The notes under the pieces: generated by a model
Databases searched by the model: none
Told to the model about the DNA's origin: nothing
What the model saw: only the letters and a program-made list of their open reading frames with translations
Part shown: positions 23,551-36,457 of the stretch, piece by piece
Numbering within the stretch: the first letter of the stretch is position 1
Layout: the number at the start of each line of letters is the position of its first letter
Program-made: the position numbers and the translations under genes
Assembly: GCF_020745735.1 (NCBI RefSeq)
Contig: NC_083409.1
Coordinates: 10,033,534-10,097,533 of the forward strand
Length of the DNA stretch: 64,000 nucleotides
Direction: 5' to 3'
Source: Hemiscyllium ocellatum
Lineage: Eukaryota

Positions 23551-25065
23551 CCAACAAAGTGGGAAGTCTCTTGATATTTTAAATACACTGTCTGCAGGAA
23601 AATGTTTGACCGAGGTTTTAATATTGTTTAATAAGGTAATGATGTAAATACACCAGTGTTGTTTACGGCTGGGATCATTTAACATCATGGTCCAAGAATT
23701 AAATGGATCCTCACTCGTGATAATACAGTTTTCAATGTTTCTCTCCCCTTACATGTTATGAAGAAGTTTTCAAACGTGTTATGATGAGGACAGTGCATCT
23801 TCAACACCGTGTGACAGAGTGGGTGGCTGTTTGAATTCTCTCTTGTGATAATACAGTCTTAAATGTGTCAGTGTTACTTTCCCCACTCTCTGGGGGGAAT
23901 CGCTGTCACTGTCTCCACCCCACCCTTCACTCTCGAGGTGATACCATTTTTAGCAACCTTTCTGTCTGAGAATGTCCCTGTTCCTGTTCCCCTCTCTCAG
24001 GGATGGGGTGGGTGTTTCACATGCACCTGGTTTGTTAGTTCCATTTACTCTCTTGTGAAATGGGTAATCCCTGTTTTACTCTGGTATCAGTGAGTTAAAG
24101 CCCAGTAGAGTTCACCCTTCATCTCCATCATATCTCAGGGCCTAAGGTTGGTCAGTCCTGTCTGGCTCCAGAACAATCCCACCACTTCCCGTAGTTTTCC
24201 TTCTTTCCTATCTTTACTGAACACCTTGTATCCAGGAATTCCCAGTCCCGCCCGATTTCTGTTAGAGCCACAGCATCAGATTTCTACTTTGCAATCTGCA
24301 TCTGTAACTCCCCAATACTGTATTATTGACCCATTTCAGTCTGTTTCCCATCAGTCAGGGTCCTTAATTGGCAAAGGCTGCCTTTAAATAATCTCAGTGA
24401 CTGTGGAGACCTGGTGAGGTTGGGAAAAATCAGAAGGATCAGTTGCCCCATTTGTATTATGTACAGGGCCCGGGACACAACAACGGGACCCCAGGGGGCC
24501 CGTTGTGCTCGGGTCTGGGACTGAGGAGTAAGAGCGGGGCCTGTAATCTCTGATCGCTGTCCCTGATTTGTGGGTCCTCTCTGATGGAGACCATTGTCAA
24601 ATCCATTGTCAAGATCGCCGCCTCTTGGCCTGGAGAAGCAAGAACATGCAGTGCTCGTGGGAATAACCTGAAAGTGATCAGAGGACAAGGTCAAAAATCA
24701 TACGACACCAGGTTATAATCCAATAGGTTTATTATAAGACACAAGCCTCGCCCCTTATTCAGGTGCTCAAGGAGCAAACAAGGTGAATTTATTCAACAGA
24801 GAAAACAAACTCTGCTGTTCATTTCCTTCTAGATTGACTCGGTTGAATATCACACCCACACTCAGAGTGGCACCTACAGGCATCATTATGTAGTATACTC
24901 GCACTCAGAGGGACACACAGCCTGCAGTGTTAGTGATTGGCCTAAGATCACTTCAGGTACAACACAGCATGCAGCAAAGAGTGCAGAGTGCAATCCCAGC
25001 ACCTGAGCGTGGACCACAGAGTGAAGAGGGAATGTCGAAGATTGTAATTATTGAGTCCTAACAGC

Positions 25066-26390
25066 TTTCTGTTTCTCGGTAAAAACAAGGACTGCAGATG
25101 CTGGAAACCAGAGGCTAGATCAGAGTGGTGCTGGAAAAGCACAGCAGGTCAGGCAGCATCCATGGAGAAGGAAAATCAATGTTTCGGGCAAAATCCCTTC
25201 ATCAGGAATAGAAGTAGGGTGGTGCAGAGTGGAGAGATAAATATGAGGGGGTTGGGGAGAAAGTAGCATAGAGTACAATAGGTGAATGGGGTAGGGACGG
25301 AGGTGATAGGTCAGAGAGGAGGGTGGAGTGGATAGGTGGAAAGGTAGATAAGCAGGTAGGACAGGTCATGAGGATGGTGCTGAGGCTGGAACGTTGGAGC
25401 TGGGGTGAGGTGTGGGAAGGTGAAATGAGGAAGCTGGTGAAATCCACATTGATGCCATGGGATTGAAGTGTTCAGAGGCGGAAGATGAGGCGTTCTTCCT
25501 CCAGGCGTCGGGTGGTGAGGGAGCGGCGGTGGAGGAGGCCTAGGACTTGCATGTCCTCGACAAGGTGGGAGGGGGAGTTGAAATGTTGGGCCACAGGGCA
25601 GTGGGGTTGATTGGTGTGCTTGTCCCTGAGATGTTCCCTAAAGTACACTTCAAGGAGGCGTCCAGTCTCCCCAATATAGAGGAGACTGCATCGGGTGCAA
25701 CGGATACAATAAATGATATTGGTGGATGTGCAGATAAAAATTTGATGGATGTGGAAGGCTCTTTTGGGGCCTTAGATGGAGATGAGGGAGGAGGTGGGGG
25801 CGCAGGTTTTGCAATTCCTGCGGTGGCAGGGGAGGGTGCCAGGAAGGGAGGGTGGGTTGTTGGGGGACGTGGACCTGACCAGGTAGTCACGGATGGAACG
25901 GTCTTTGCGGAAAGCAGGAATGGGTGGGGAGGAAATATATCCCTGGTGGTGGAGTCCGTTTGGAGGTGGCGGAAATGTCATCGGATGATGTGGTTTATGC
26001 GAAGGTTGGTAGGGTGGAAGGTGAGCACCAGGGGGATTCTGTCCTTGTTATGGTTGGAGGGGTGGGGTTTGAGAGCGGAGGGGTGGGATGTGGACGAGCT
26101 GCGTTGGAGCGCATCTTTGACCACGTGGGAAGAGAAATTGCAGTCTCTAAATAAGGAGGCCATCTGGTGTGTTTTTTGGTGGAACTGGTCCTCCTGGGAG
26201 CAGATATGGCGGAGGCGGAGGAATTGGGAATATGGGATGGCATTTTTGCAAGAGGTAGGTTGGGATGAGGTGTAATCCTCGGGGTCAGTAGATTTGTATA
26301 AAATGTCAGTGTCAAGTCGGTCATCATTAATGGAGATGGAGTGGTCCAGGAAGGGGAGGGAGGTGTCAGAGATGGTCCAGGTGGTCATTA
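25066..26390 (-). mobile_element. 5'-truncated Penelope-like element (RT C-terminus plus GIY-YIG endonuclease plus 3' tail)
   Basis: CKNAIPYSQFLRLRHICS (RT C-terminus), then TCTSTNIIYCIRCTRCSLLYIGETGR...HFNSPSH...LIFRL..LQSHGINVDF (GIY-YIG). A decayed hammerhead core lies at ~25176-25206. Present only in the right arm. Confidence 0.88.
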
Positions 26391-26616
26391 ATGGAAATCT
26401 GTTTGGAATCTTGTAACCTCAAATGATTCCAGATCAAAGGGATCATTTGAAAGTGATTGATGATTGGCTGTCAGTATCCTCTACAACGGATGTGTCATTG
26501 ATTGACAGGCCAATGAGCCAATTGTGACAATGCCATGCTGAAATGCAGCCAATCAGCTGAATGGAGTGGTCAATTTCCAAAGCGCACACAGAGACAGAGA
26601 CTGAATCTTCTTCATC

Positions 26617-26622
26617 TTTATT
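26617..26622 (-). promoter_or_regulatory. Candidate polyadenylation signal for the minus-strand C exon
   Basis: AATAAA on the minus strand ~530 nt after the ancestral stop, conserved in both arms. Confidence 0.55.
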
Positions 26623-27148
26623 CCCTTTTCCAGATTGACATTGACAGAAAACAGACTGCAATTAACAGCCCAGACAGAGGAAGCTGCACAAATTCACAGC
26701 CACATTGGAGCTTGAGGAAAACACTTGTGGAGGTTTTCTCAATAGCACGAGAATCCTGTCCCTTCAAACAGTGACAAAACCTTAAATTGGAACTGGCGGC
26801 TGAGCAGGAAGGAGATCTGGTTTACTGAAACAGAGACTTCTGAGGTTCACATTGTTTTGTACAGCTGACAGTCTTTAGCAACTTCAAGAGATTTTACTTG
26901 GCATCACAACTCAACTCTGTCCCCATCAAACACTCCCAGAACAGGGACAGCATGGGGTTTGACACAGCGTAAAGTTCTATCTACAGTGTCCCAATGACCT
27001 GCCTTAACCCCTGAACCTCAGAAATGTCTCTGATTCGGTCCTGAGAAGGAAGAGAGTTGAAATTCAGTTCTGACAATGACCTTTGTCCTGCCAGCTCAGC
27101 CCTGTTCTATTTAAAGTTGTGTCTCCTCTGTGGACTGTCTTGAACACT

Positions 27149-27450
27149 CTACATGCATTCTGATCTCCTGATGCTCTTGCTGAGGGGAGGGGGAGGGTCA
27201 CGTGTGTGAGGCTAGTCAGACCCAGAGAGGGTCAGCAGGCTGCTGACACTGTAGGTGCTGTCTGAAGCTCGCAGGTAGTTGCTGGTCTGAACCCCGTCCG
27301 AAATGACTGCACCGTCCTTCTTCCACTGCACCTCCAGCTCATCGGGATAGAAGTGATTGGCAAGGCACACCAGGGTGGCAGTGCCCTTGGCATTGACCTG
27401 CTCCGGGGAGGGAGGCAGCAGGGTCAGCTTGGGCTGAGAGTTCTCACAGC
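27149..27450 (-). pseudogene. Ig kappa-type constant exon, pseudogenised
   Basis: Acceptor tgtctttcag|GC. Encodes (S)CENSQPKLTLLPPSPEQV...STYSVSSLLTLSGSD*. Relative to the 18435 copy there is a net 26-nt deletion (TGG..GCC, 30 nt, replaced by TAGC) that removes the second Cys and creates a TAG at 27214-27212. Confidence 0.93.
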
Positions 27451-27959
27451 CTGAAAGACAAGAGAAACAATTTTAATCCCTGTTATTTGAAGGGATTTTA
27501 ACTCTCTGAACATTCACTGGCAAAACAATCCATTTGAACATTTGTAGCCAATACCTAACAAAGCCCAGAAATAAACAGGCATTGTTCAAATTGCTTCTTG
27601 GATGTGAGTGTCACTGCTAGGATCAGCATTTATTGCCCATCCCTAATCACCCAGAGGGCAGTTTAGAGTCAACCACATTGCTGTGGGTCTGGAGTCACAT
27701 GGTAAGGATGGCAGGTTCCTTCCCTAAAGGACATCAGGGAATCAGATGGCTTTTTCCTGACAATCAACAATTGTTTCATGGTCATCATTCGACACTTAAT
27801 TGTAGATTGTTTTATTGAATTCACATTCCACCATCTGCTGCAGCAGGATTCTAACCCTGGCCCCCAGAACATTAATCTGGATCTCTGGATGAACAGCTCA
27901 GCAATAGTACCATTAAATCATCACCTCCTTTATCTTATTTTTAGTTGCGAGTGAAAGCA

Positions 27960-30900
27960 AGAAGTTTGTTTCTGAGCAGGGTGATTAGAAATAGCACAAC
28001 TGAAAGACTCCCAGTTCAACCCAAAAAAGATTAGTTCCTTGAAAGTGGAGTTGCAGGTAGGTAGGGGGGTGACGAAGTCATTTGGCATGCTTTCCTTTAT
28101 TGGGCAATGCATTGAGTATTGGAGTTGGGAGCTGATGCACCTGTATAGAACATTAGTTTGGCCCCTTTTGGAATACTGTGTGGAATTCTGGCCTCCCTGC
28201 TGTAGGAAAAATGTTGGGAACCTTGAAATGATTCAGAAAATATTTCCAAGGATGTGCCAAGTTGGAGGGTTGGAGCGATCGGGAGAGGCTGAATAGGCTG
28301 AGGCTATTTTCCCTGGATGGCTGGAGGCTGAGGGGTGACCATATCGAGGTTTCTAACATAATGAGGGACATTGATCAAGTGAATAGAGAAGATATTTTGG
28401 TCAGAGTGAAGGAGTCCAGAACTAGGGGGCATAGGTGGAAAGTATCAGGAGAATGATTTAAACGGGAACTAAGGCATAATGTTTTACTGCAGAGAGTGGT
28501 ACATTTTTGGAATGAGCTGCCAGAGGAAGTGGTGGAGGCTGGTATGATAACATTTAAAAGGCATTTGGGTGAGTATATGAATAGGAAGGGTTTGGAAGGA
28601 TATGGGCCAAATACTGACAAATGGGACTAGATTAATTTAGGTTATCTGGTCGGCATTGCCGAGTTACACAGAAGGATCTATTTCTGTGCTGTACATCTCT
28701 CTGACACTATGACTCTATGTCTCTGTGGTTGACATGGATGAGTCAGATCGAAGAGTCTGTTTCCATGCTGTACATCTCCCTGACTCTAATTGTGTTTCAA
28801 TCAAGCCCTCAGCACCTCAGGCTCTCCCAAAGACAGTTACACTTTGCTTGAAAACCAGTCACTGTTGCAATTTCAGGAAAGGGGCAGCCAATTTCTGCAC
28901 AGCAAGATCCCACTGGAAGCAATGACATCAAAGAGCAATAATGATGTTGGCTCAATGAATAATATTGGCCTGAACTCAACCCAAAGAGAAAGTAATTTGG
29001 TTCAGTTGAATGGAAACTGAGAAAATAGAAGATAAAGGAGAAGGTAGGATTGCTGGTTAGTGATGGGATTGATTGTTACAAGTAAATTAAAGGAGGAGAT
29101 GGAATTTTTGAACATCAAAGGAACCATAAAAATGCAGGGAAAATCAATAATAGATCAAACTTAAAGATTTTGTGTCTAAAGTGCACGAAGCATTCCGAGT
29201 CAGGGAGACAAAGTGATGCCCCAAATCGAGGTAAATTGAGTTTCCAAGTAATTTAAACTAGTTAAAGTGGAGGAGGGCTCAGGAGAGGTTAGCAAAGCTT
29301 CTAGAAGATGTAATAGGACTGAGAGCATGGAAGGGATCAGGAATCAAATGTCAAGCACAGCAGATAAGAGGACAATGATGAGAAGGAGGGCAGTCAATGT
29401 AGGACTGAGGGTGTTGTACTTAAATGCACAAGATATACACAATAAGCTTGTAGTACAGTCAGAAGGTGTAGAATCTGTGTGGGGAGTGTTGAGGAACCCA
29501 AGAAATAAAGAATCTGATGCAAGTTCAGGTCTCCAAGCAGTAAACAGGGTGTGGGGAAGGAAATCAATCAGGAGACAGAAAAGTCATAAAAAAAATGTCA
29601 GGGCAGACTTCAATGGATAGGTGGATTGGGTAGCACGTCTCAACAAAAAGATTTCATGGAATGTCTATGAGATGGTTTTTGAAGCAGCTTGCGGTTTGGA
29701 ACAGGCAGTTCTGGATTCAGTGATGTGTAATGAGGCAAACTTGGTCAGTGAGCTGAAGATGAAAGTGTCCCTCTGGATAAATGACCATAATACGATAGAA
29801 TTCCCCCTGCAGTTTGAGAGGGAGAAGCTGCAATCAGATGGAACAGTATTTCAATTGAGTAAAGGGAACGACAAAGACGTGAGGAAGGAGCTGGCCAGAG
29901 TTGATTGGAAGGGGAGCTGAGCAGGTAAGATGGTGTGGCAGCAAACAGCAGGGTTTCTGGGGGTAATTCAGGAAGCAGAGTAGGAATTTATCCCAAAAAA
30001 GAAGAAACACACTAAGGGGAGGACAATGTAACCATGGCTGATGAGGGAGGTCAAGGACAGCATAAAAGCAAAAGAAAAAGCACACAATGTGGTGGAAAAT
30101 AGTGGGAGGCCAGAGGATTAGGAAGTCTTTAAAAACCTGTAGAGGATAACAAAAAAAAACATTCAGGGTACAGAAGGTGAAATGTGGGGGAAAGCGAGCC
30201 AGTAATATAAAAGAATATTGCAAGAATTTCATCAGATATATAAAAAGGAAGAGGGAGGCAGAAATAGACATTGGAAAAGGAATAATAGGAAATGAAGAAA
30301 AAGCAGAGGAATTGAATACATACATTACATCAGTCTGCACAATGGAAAACACCAGCAGTGTCCCAATACTTCAAGACTGTCAGGGGGCAGAGGTGAGTGC
30401 AGTGGCCATTACTCAGGAGGAGGTACTGGGGAAGCTGAAATGTCTGAGTGTGGATAACTCACCCAGACTAGATGAATTACACCAGTGTGTTCTGAAGGAG
30501 ATCACTGAGGAGATTGTGGAGACATTTTTGATGATCTTTCAGGAATCAATGGAGTCAGGGAGTGGAGGTATTTTCTAAATGAGGAAAGCCTTTGGAACTC
30601 TAAAGCACAAACCTCATTCAGGATTTTCTTAAGGTTAACAGGCAGGTCCAGTTTGTGCTTGGGAAGTCAAATGAAATGTTCACATTCATTTCAATAGGGC
30701 CAGAATAGAAGAGCAGAGATGTACTGCTGAGGCTGTGTAAGGCTCTGGTCAGACTGAATTTGGAATATTGTGAGCAGATTTAGGATCCATATTCTTTGAA
30801 ACGTAGTGCTGGCATTGGAGGGGTTTACAAGAATGATCCTGGGGATGGAGGGCTTGTCATATGAGGCACGGTTAAGGACTCTGGGTCTGTACTCAATGAA

Positions 30901-33900
30901 GTTTAGAAGGATGAGGAGGGATCTTATTGAAATTTGCAGAATACTGATAGACCTGGATAGAGTGGATGGGGAGAAGATGTTTCCGAAAACAGGAGAGACG
31001 AGGTAACCAAGGCACAGCCTCAGAATGAAGGGCCGACCCTTTCGAGCTGAGATGAGGAGGGATTTCTTCAGCCAGAGGGTGGTGAATCTGTGGAACTCAT
31101 TGTTACAGAGGGCAGGGAGGCCAAGTCACTGAGTGTATTTAAGACAGAGATAGATAGGTTCATGGTTGTTAAGGGGATGGAAAGTTCCTGTGGAGTAGGC
31201 AGGAGAATGGGGGTGAGAAGCACATCTGCCAAGATCAAATGTTTTCTGGAGAGTTTCTCCAAAACCCTGGAACACTGAACCGACTGAACACTGGACTGTG
31301 AGCCCTGATTTAGCTGTTTGTCATCACAACTTTGCAAAGAGATAATCCAAGAGTGGAGAGAGTGTGCATCCATGTGAGAACTTCAGAATGTTTCCCAGCT
31401 CCTGGAATACCATGAGTACAGGAAGTGTGGTCAGTGACAGCAGTTGGAGCTCCGGGTTTCGGAGGTGGACCAGCAGCTGGTGTCAGTGTGGAGCGTCCGT
31501 GAGGCTGAGAGCTCCAGGGAGAAACGTTTCTAGATGTGGTCACTCCGCCGCTTCAGAGTATGCAGGGAGAGAGGGAATGGGGGAGCAGCAGACAGTCCAA
31601 AAGGGCCAGGCAGCTAGTACAGGAATCCCCTGAGTGTATCCCACTCTCCAACCAGGATTCAGTTCAGAATCCTGATGAGAATGATGGTTCATCTGGGGAG
31701 TGTAGCCAGGGCGAAGTCCCTGGCACCACGGGGTGGGTGGGGGGGGGTGCAGCTGTACAGGGGGTCACAAGGAAGACTGGAAGAGTGATAGTGAGAGGAG
31801 ATTGGAGAGTGAGGGCAGTCGATAGATGTTTCTGCAGCTGCAGATGGGAATCCAGGATGGTGTGTTGTCTCCCTGGTGCCAGCGTCAAAGATATCACTGA
31901 GCGACTGCAGAGCACCCTGAGGGGAGAGGGGGAACAGGCAGCAGTTCGTGGTCCACATCGGTCCCAGTGACAGAGGGAGAAAAGGGATGTGGTCCTGCAG
32001 TCAGAAGTTTTGGAGCTTCCTACTTTTAAGTAATGTGGAGCTTCCTACTTTTGAGTTCCTGCTGCTAATTAGTAGCAGGAACTCAAAAGTAGGAATCTCC
32101 AGATTACTCCCAGTGCCCCACGCAAGTGAAGAAGGGCTCAGGCCCGAAACATCGACTCTCCTGCTGCTTGGATGCTGCCTGACCTGCTGCGCTTTTCCAG
32201 CAACACATTTGCAGCACCCCACACAAGTGAGAATAGAATCAGGAGGTGAACACAGGTGATTGCTGGGCTGGAAAGAGGATCCATGAGGGAGGGCTTTAGA
32301 TTTTTGTGAGGTGGTTTACTACTGTTAGAGAGAGTTTAAACTAACTTGGCAGGGCTGTGGGAGCCAGGGGCAAATATCAGAGAGGAACACCAAGGACCAC
32401 AGAATCCTCACAGCAGTCAATAAGTCACCACCCAGTGGGAAGGATGTGGAGGAATACAAATGCAAGGAATTTACAGAGACCTGCAAATATGATAGAGCCG
32501 TTATAAATGGGGGAGAGGGGGGTCTTTAATTTCTGAATATAGTGACCAGAGTGGCAAGAGTGTGTTTTGGTGAATTTTCAGGTGGCATTGGTGGCTTCGT
32601 GGTGGGTCAGGGGTGGGGGTCAGCATGGTGGCTCAGTGGTTAGCACTGCTGCCTTATAGTACCAGGGCCCCAGGTTCGATTCCAGCCTTGGGTGACTGTC
32701 TGTGTGGAGTTTGCGCATTCTCCCTGTGTCTGCGTGTTTCTCCTCCGGGTGCTCTGGTTTCCTTCCACAGTCCAAAGATGTGCAGGTCAGGTGAATTGGC
32801 CATGCTAAATTATCCATAATGTTTGATGCTGAAAATGTGTTGCTGGTTAAAGCACAGCAGGTCAGGCAGCAGCCAAGGAACAGGAAATTCGAAGTTTCGG
32901 GCCAGAGCCCTTCATCAGGAATGAGGAGAGGGTGCCAGGCAGGCTAAGATAAAAGGTAGGGAGGAGGGACTTGGGGGAGGGGCGATGGAGATGTGATAGG
33001 TGGAAGGAGGTCAAGGTGAGGGTGATAGGCCGGAGTGGGGTGGGGACAGAGAGGTCAGGAAGAAGATTGCAGGTTAGGAGGGCAATGCTGAGTTCAAGGG
33101 AATCGACTGAGATTTCCCTCTCAGTAATGCATCAAACATAGTGTTTGATGCATTACTGAGAGGGAAATGGGTCGGGGTGGGTTACTCTTCGGAGGATCGG
33201 TGTGGACTTGTTGGGCCGAAGGGCCTGTTTCCACACTGTGGAGAATCTAATCTAATCATTGGCAGTGAAGAAGGCTATCTAAGAATACAATGGAATCTTG
33301 ACCAACTGGGCCAGTGGGCTGAGGAATGGCAGATGGAGTTTAATTCAGATAAATGTAAGTGCTATATTTTGGTAAGACACAAGAGATGGGTGAGATCCTG
33401 AACAAATATTTTAGGTCAGTATATATTGTGGGGAAAGCTAAGGAATTTGGAAAAATAGTGATGTCTTGAAAAGAGACCACACACAAATGAGGAGACGCTA
33501 AAGATCTTAAAACACAGATAAACCCTAGGACCTGATCAGGTGTATCCCAGAACATTGTGGTAACTGGGGAAGAGATTTTTGGGACCCTTGCTGAGATATA
33601 TGCATCATCGGCAACCATGGATAAGGTGCTGGAAAAACAGAGAGGTTGGCTAAGATTATGCCCTTATTTCAGAAAGGCTGTAAGGAAAAGCAAGGGAACG
33701 ATAGACCAGTGAGCCTGATGTCAGTGCTGGGTAAGATGTTGGAGTGGATTCTGTGGGACAGGATTTACATCGTTTGGATAATCAGTGTGGCTTTGTGCAT
33801 GGGAACTCACGTCTCCTGAATTTGATACAGGAGGTGACAAAAAGGATTGATGAAGACAGAACAGTAGACATTGTCAATATGGACTTCAGAGTAAAGTGTT

Positions 33901-35690
33901 TGACAAGGTTCCACATGATAGACTGGTTAGTAAGGCTAGACCACATGGGATCCAGGGGGAGTGAGCCATTGGAGTCAAAAAATTGGCTTGAAGATAGGAG
34001 ACAGAGAGTGGTGGTAAAAGGTTGCTTTTCAGACTGGAGATCTGTGAATAGTTGTGTGCCACAAGGATTGGTACTGAGTCCACAAATGCTTTTAATCATT
34101 TAAAGAAATGATTTGGATGGGAATATAGGAGTTATGGTAAGTTTGTAAATGACACCAAAATTGGTGGGACAGTGGATAGTTAAGAAGATTATCTCAGGGT
34201 ACAGCAGGACCTTGATCAGATGGGACAATGGGCAGAAGAGTGGCAAATGGAGTTCAGTTTAGATAAATGTGAGATGTTGCATTTTGGAAAGGCAAACCAG
34301 GGCAGGAGTTATACAGTTAATGGGAGGGCCCTGTGGAGTGTTGCTGAATAACAGACCTAGGGGTGAAGATGCAGGTACATTATTCCTTGAAAGTGGGTCA
34401 CAGGTAGACAGGGTGATGAAGAAGGTGTTTGGTTTGCTTGCTTTTGTTCATCACTGCATTGAGTCCAGGAGTTGGACCATCATGTTGCAGCAGTACAGGA
34501 GATTGGTGAGGCCTCTTTGGGAATGATGTGAACAATCCTATCATCCTGAGATAGGAAGGATGTTGTTAAACTTAAAAAGCTGCAGAAAAGACTTACAAGG
34601 ATGTGGCCAGGATTTGGAGGGTTCGAGCGACAGGGAAAGGCTGAAGAAACTGGGGCTATATTCCCTGCAGCATCTAAGGCCTCGGGGTTACGTTATAGAT
34701 GTTTATAAAACCATGACGGGCATGGACTGGGTGTATATTCAAGGTCTTTTCGTGGGAAAGGGATTCCAAAACAAGAGGACATAATTTTACGGTGAGAGGC
34801 AAAAGATTCAAAAGGGACCTGAGGGGTAACTTGTCACACAGAGGGTGGTGTGTGTCTGGATTGAGCTGCCAGAGAAAGTGTTGGAGGCAGATACAGTTAC
34901 AGCATTTAAAACACATTGGTATGGGTACATGAATAGGTTGAGTTTTGAGAGGTGTAAGCCAAATGCTGGCAAATGGGATGAGGTCAGTTTAGGATATTTG
35001 GTTAGCATGGACAAGTTGGACTGAAAGGTCTGTTTCCACGCTGTATGACTCCATGACTATGAGCGGCTGGAAAAGCTGAGACTTCTTCCCCTGAAGCGGA
35101 AGGTTCTGAGGAGTGACCTTGTAGAGGTTTGGAAAATCATGAGGGACATAGATAATGTGAAGAATTCTGGAAGGAAGCGAATGTTTTGTAGCGATGGCAA
35201 AAATTGTTCCCAAAGATCATTCTAGGGATGAGGAACATCAGTTATGAAGTTTGATTGGAGAATTTGGGACTGTCTTCTTTGGAGAAGGCTGAGAGGAGAT
35301 TTGTTCAAGGAATTCAAAATCAGGAAGGGCCTGGACAGAGTAAATAGGGAGAAAATGTTCCCAATTAAGAAAGGATTCAGACCAAGAGACCACAGATTGA
35401 AAGTAATTGGGAAAAGGAACAAAATTAAGATGGGGAGCAACATTTTCAGCCAGTGAGTGTTAAGGTATGGAATGCACTGCCTGAGAGTGTGGTGGAGGCA
35501 GCTTCAATTAAAACATTCCGAAGGGATGAGGCTGTTATTTGAAAAGGAACAATGTGCAGGGTGACAGGGAGAAAGCTAGAGAATGACACTCAGTGAATTG
35601 CTCATTCAGAGAGCCGGTCCAGTCAGGATGGGTGGAATGGCCACCTTGTGCACTGTAACAATTCTGTGATTGTGTGATTGAGCAGAGTTT
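27960..35690 (+). mobile_element. Stack of decayed CR1 fragments (plus SINE and Penelope-tail pieces) filling the J-C intron
   Basis: RT/3' pieces at 27960-28780, 30650-31240, 33260-35060 and 35200-35690. EN piece at 29100-30560, ORF1 esterase at 31330-32400, SINE piece at 32615-32820 and Penelope tails at 32123-32215 and 32820-33110. Confidence 0.8.
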
Positions 35691-35998
35691 GATTAGATTA
35701 GATTAGACTTACAGTGTGGAAACAGGCCCTTCGGCCCAACAAGTCCACACCGACCCGCCGAAGCGCAACCCACCCATACCACTTAATTTACCACTTACCT
35801 AACACTGCGGGCAATTTAGCTGGCCAATTCACCTGACCCGCACATCTTTGTGTGTGAGGAAACCGGAGCACCCGGAGGAAACCCACGCAGACACGGGGAG
35901 AACGTGCAAACTCCACACAGTCAGTGAGTCGGGAATTGAACCCGGGTCTACAGGCGCTGTGAGGCAGCAGTGCTAACCACTGTGCCACCGTGCCGCCC
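35691..35998 (-). mobile_element. Full-length young tRNA-derived SINE (HE1-like)
   Basis: Reverse complement is close to 18867-19179, with A/B boxes, retained CpGs and a (CTAAT)n tail. Confidence 0.9.
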
Positions 35999-36057
35999 AT
36001 TATGCCACCGTGCCGCCCATTAAAGCTGGGGGAGGTGGGAGCTCGGTGTCTCACTGT

Positions 36058-36084
36058 GCTGCTGCTGCTGCTGCTGCTGCTGCT
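36058..36084. repeat. (GCT)9 trinucleotide microsatellite
   Basis: Nine perfect GCT units in the J-proximal intron. Confidence 0.95.
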
Positions 36085-36457
36085 GAGGTCAGTGAGATCA
36101 GAGACTGGGACAGGGAGCCAGAGCTCACATCAAAATCTGCCTGTGTCTGTCACACTGAGACTGGCAGGAGGCTGCTCACTGATTTCACTCCATGCTGCAG
36201 GAATGGGACCACAGGCTGAAAATGGACAGAGCTCCTCCACACAGTGAGTAAAACTTACTGACTTCTGTCTTGCTGCTTAAGCGGGGCAATGGAACGAAAG
36301 AAATACAGCTGGACACCCTGTTCAACACAGTGCTCCTCAATCAACCATTTCATTCACTGCAGCTCCCACTAACACCTTCAACAATTCAGCATTTGTGTTT
36401 TAGAAAGTGTGTTTCAGTATTGACAGGTTTAATAATAGACAATTGAGGTTTACTTGC

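Larger units (their letters stand above)
24850..35655 (-). repeat. Right arm of inverted segmental duplication
   Basis: Reverse-complement homology to 8541-20200 (see left arm). Confidence 0.85.

Noticed and set aside
23700-24700. 123-aa ORF (24323..24694) and GC-rich hairpin near 24480, possible ERV
   Set aside because: An alternative frame gives GLGIPGYKVFSKDRKEG, a CR1 endonuclease motif. The region is best explained as a decayed CR1.
25547-26275. 242-aa plus-strand ORF
   Set aside because: It is the antisense shadow of the minus-strand Penelope RT/GIY-YIG sequence.
35990-36247. ORF with a poly-Leu 'signal peptide' (or poly-Ala in the other frame)
   Set aside because: It is produced by the (GCT)9 microsatellite and the SINE 5' duplication, in an intron on the opposite strand.
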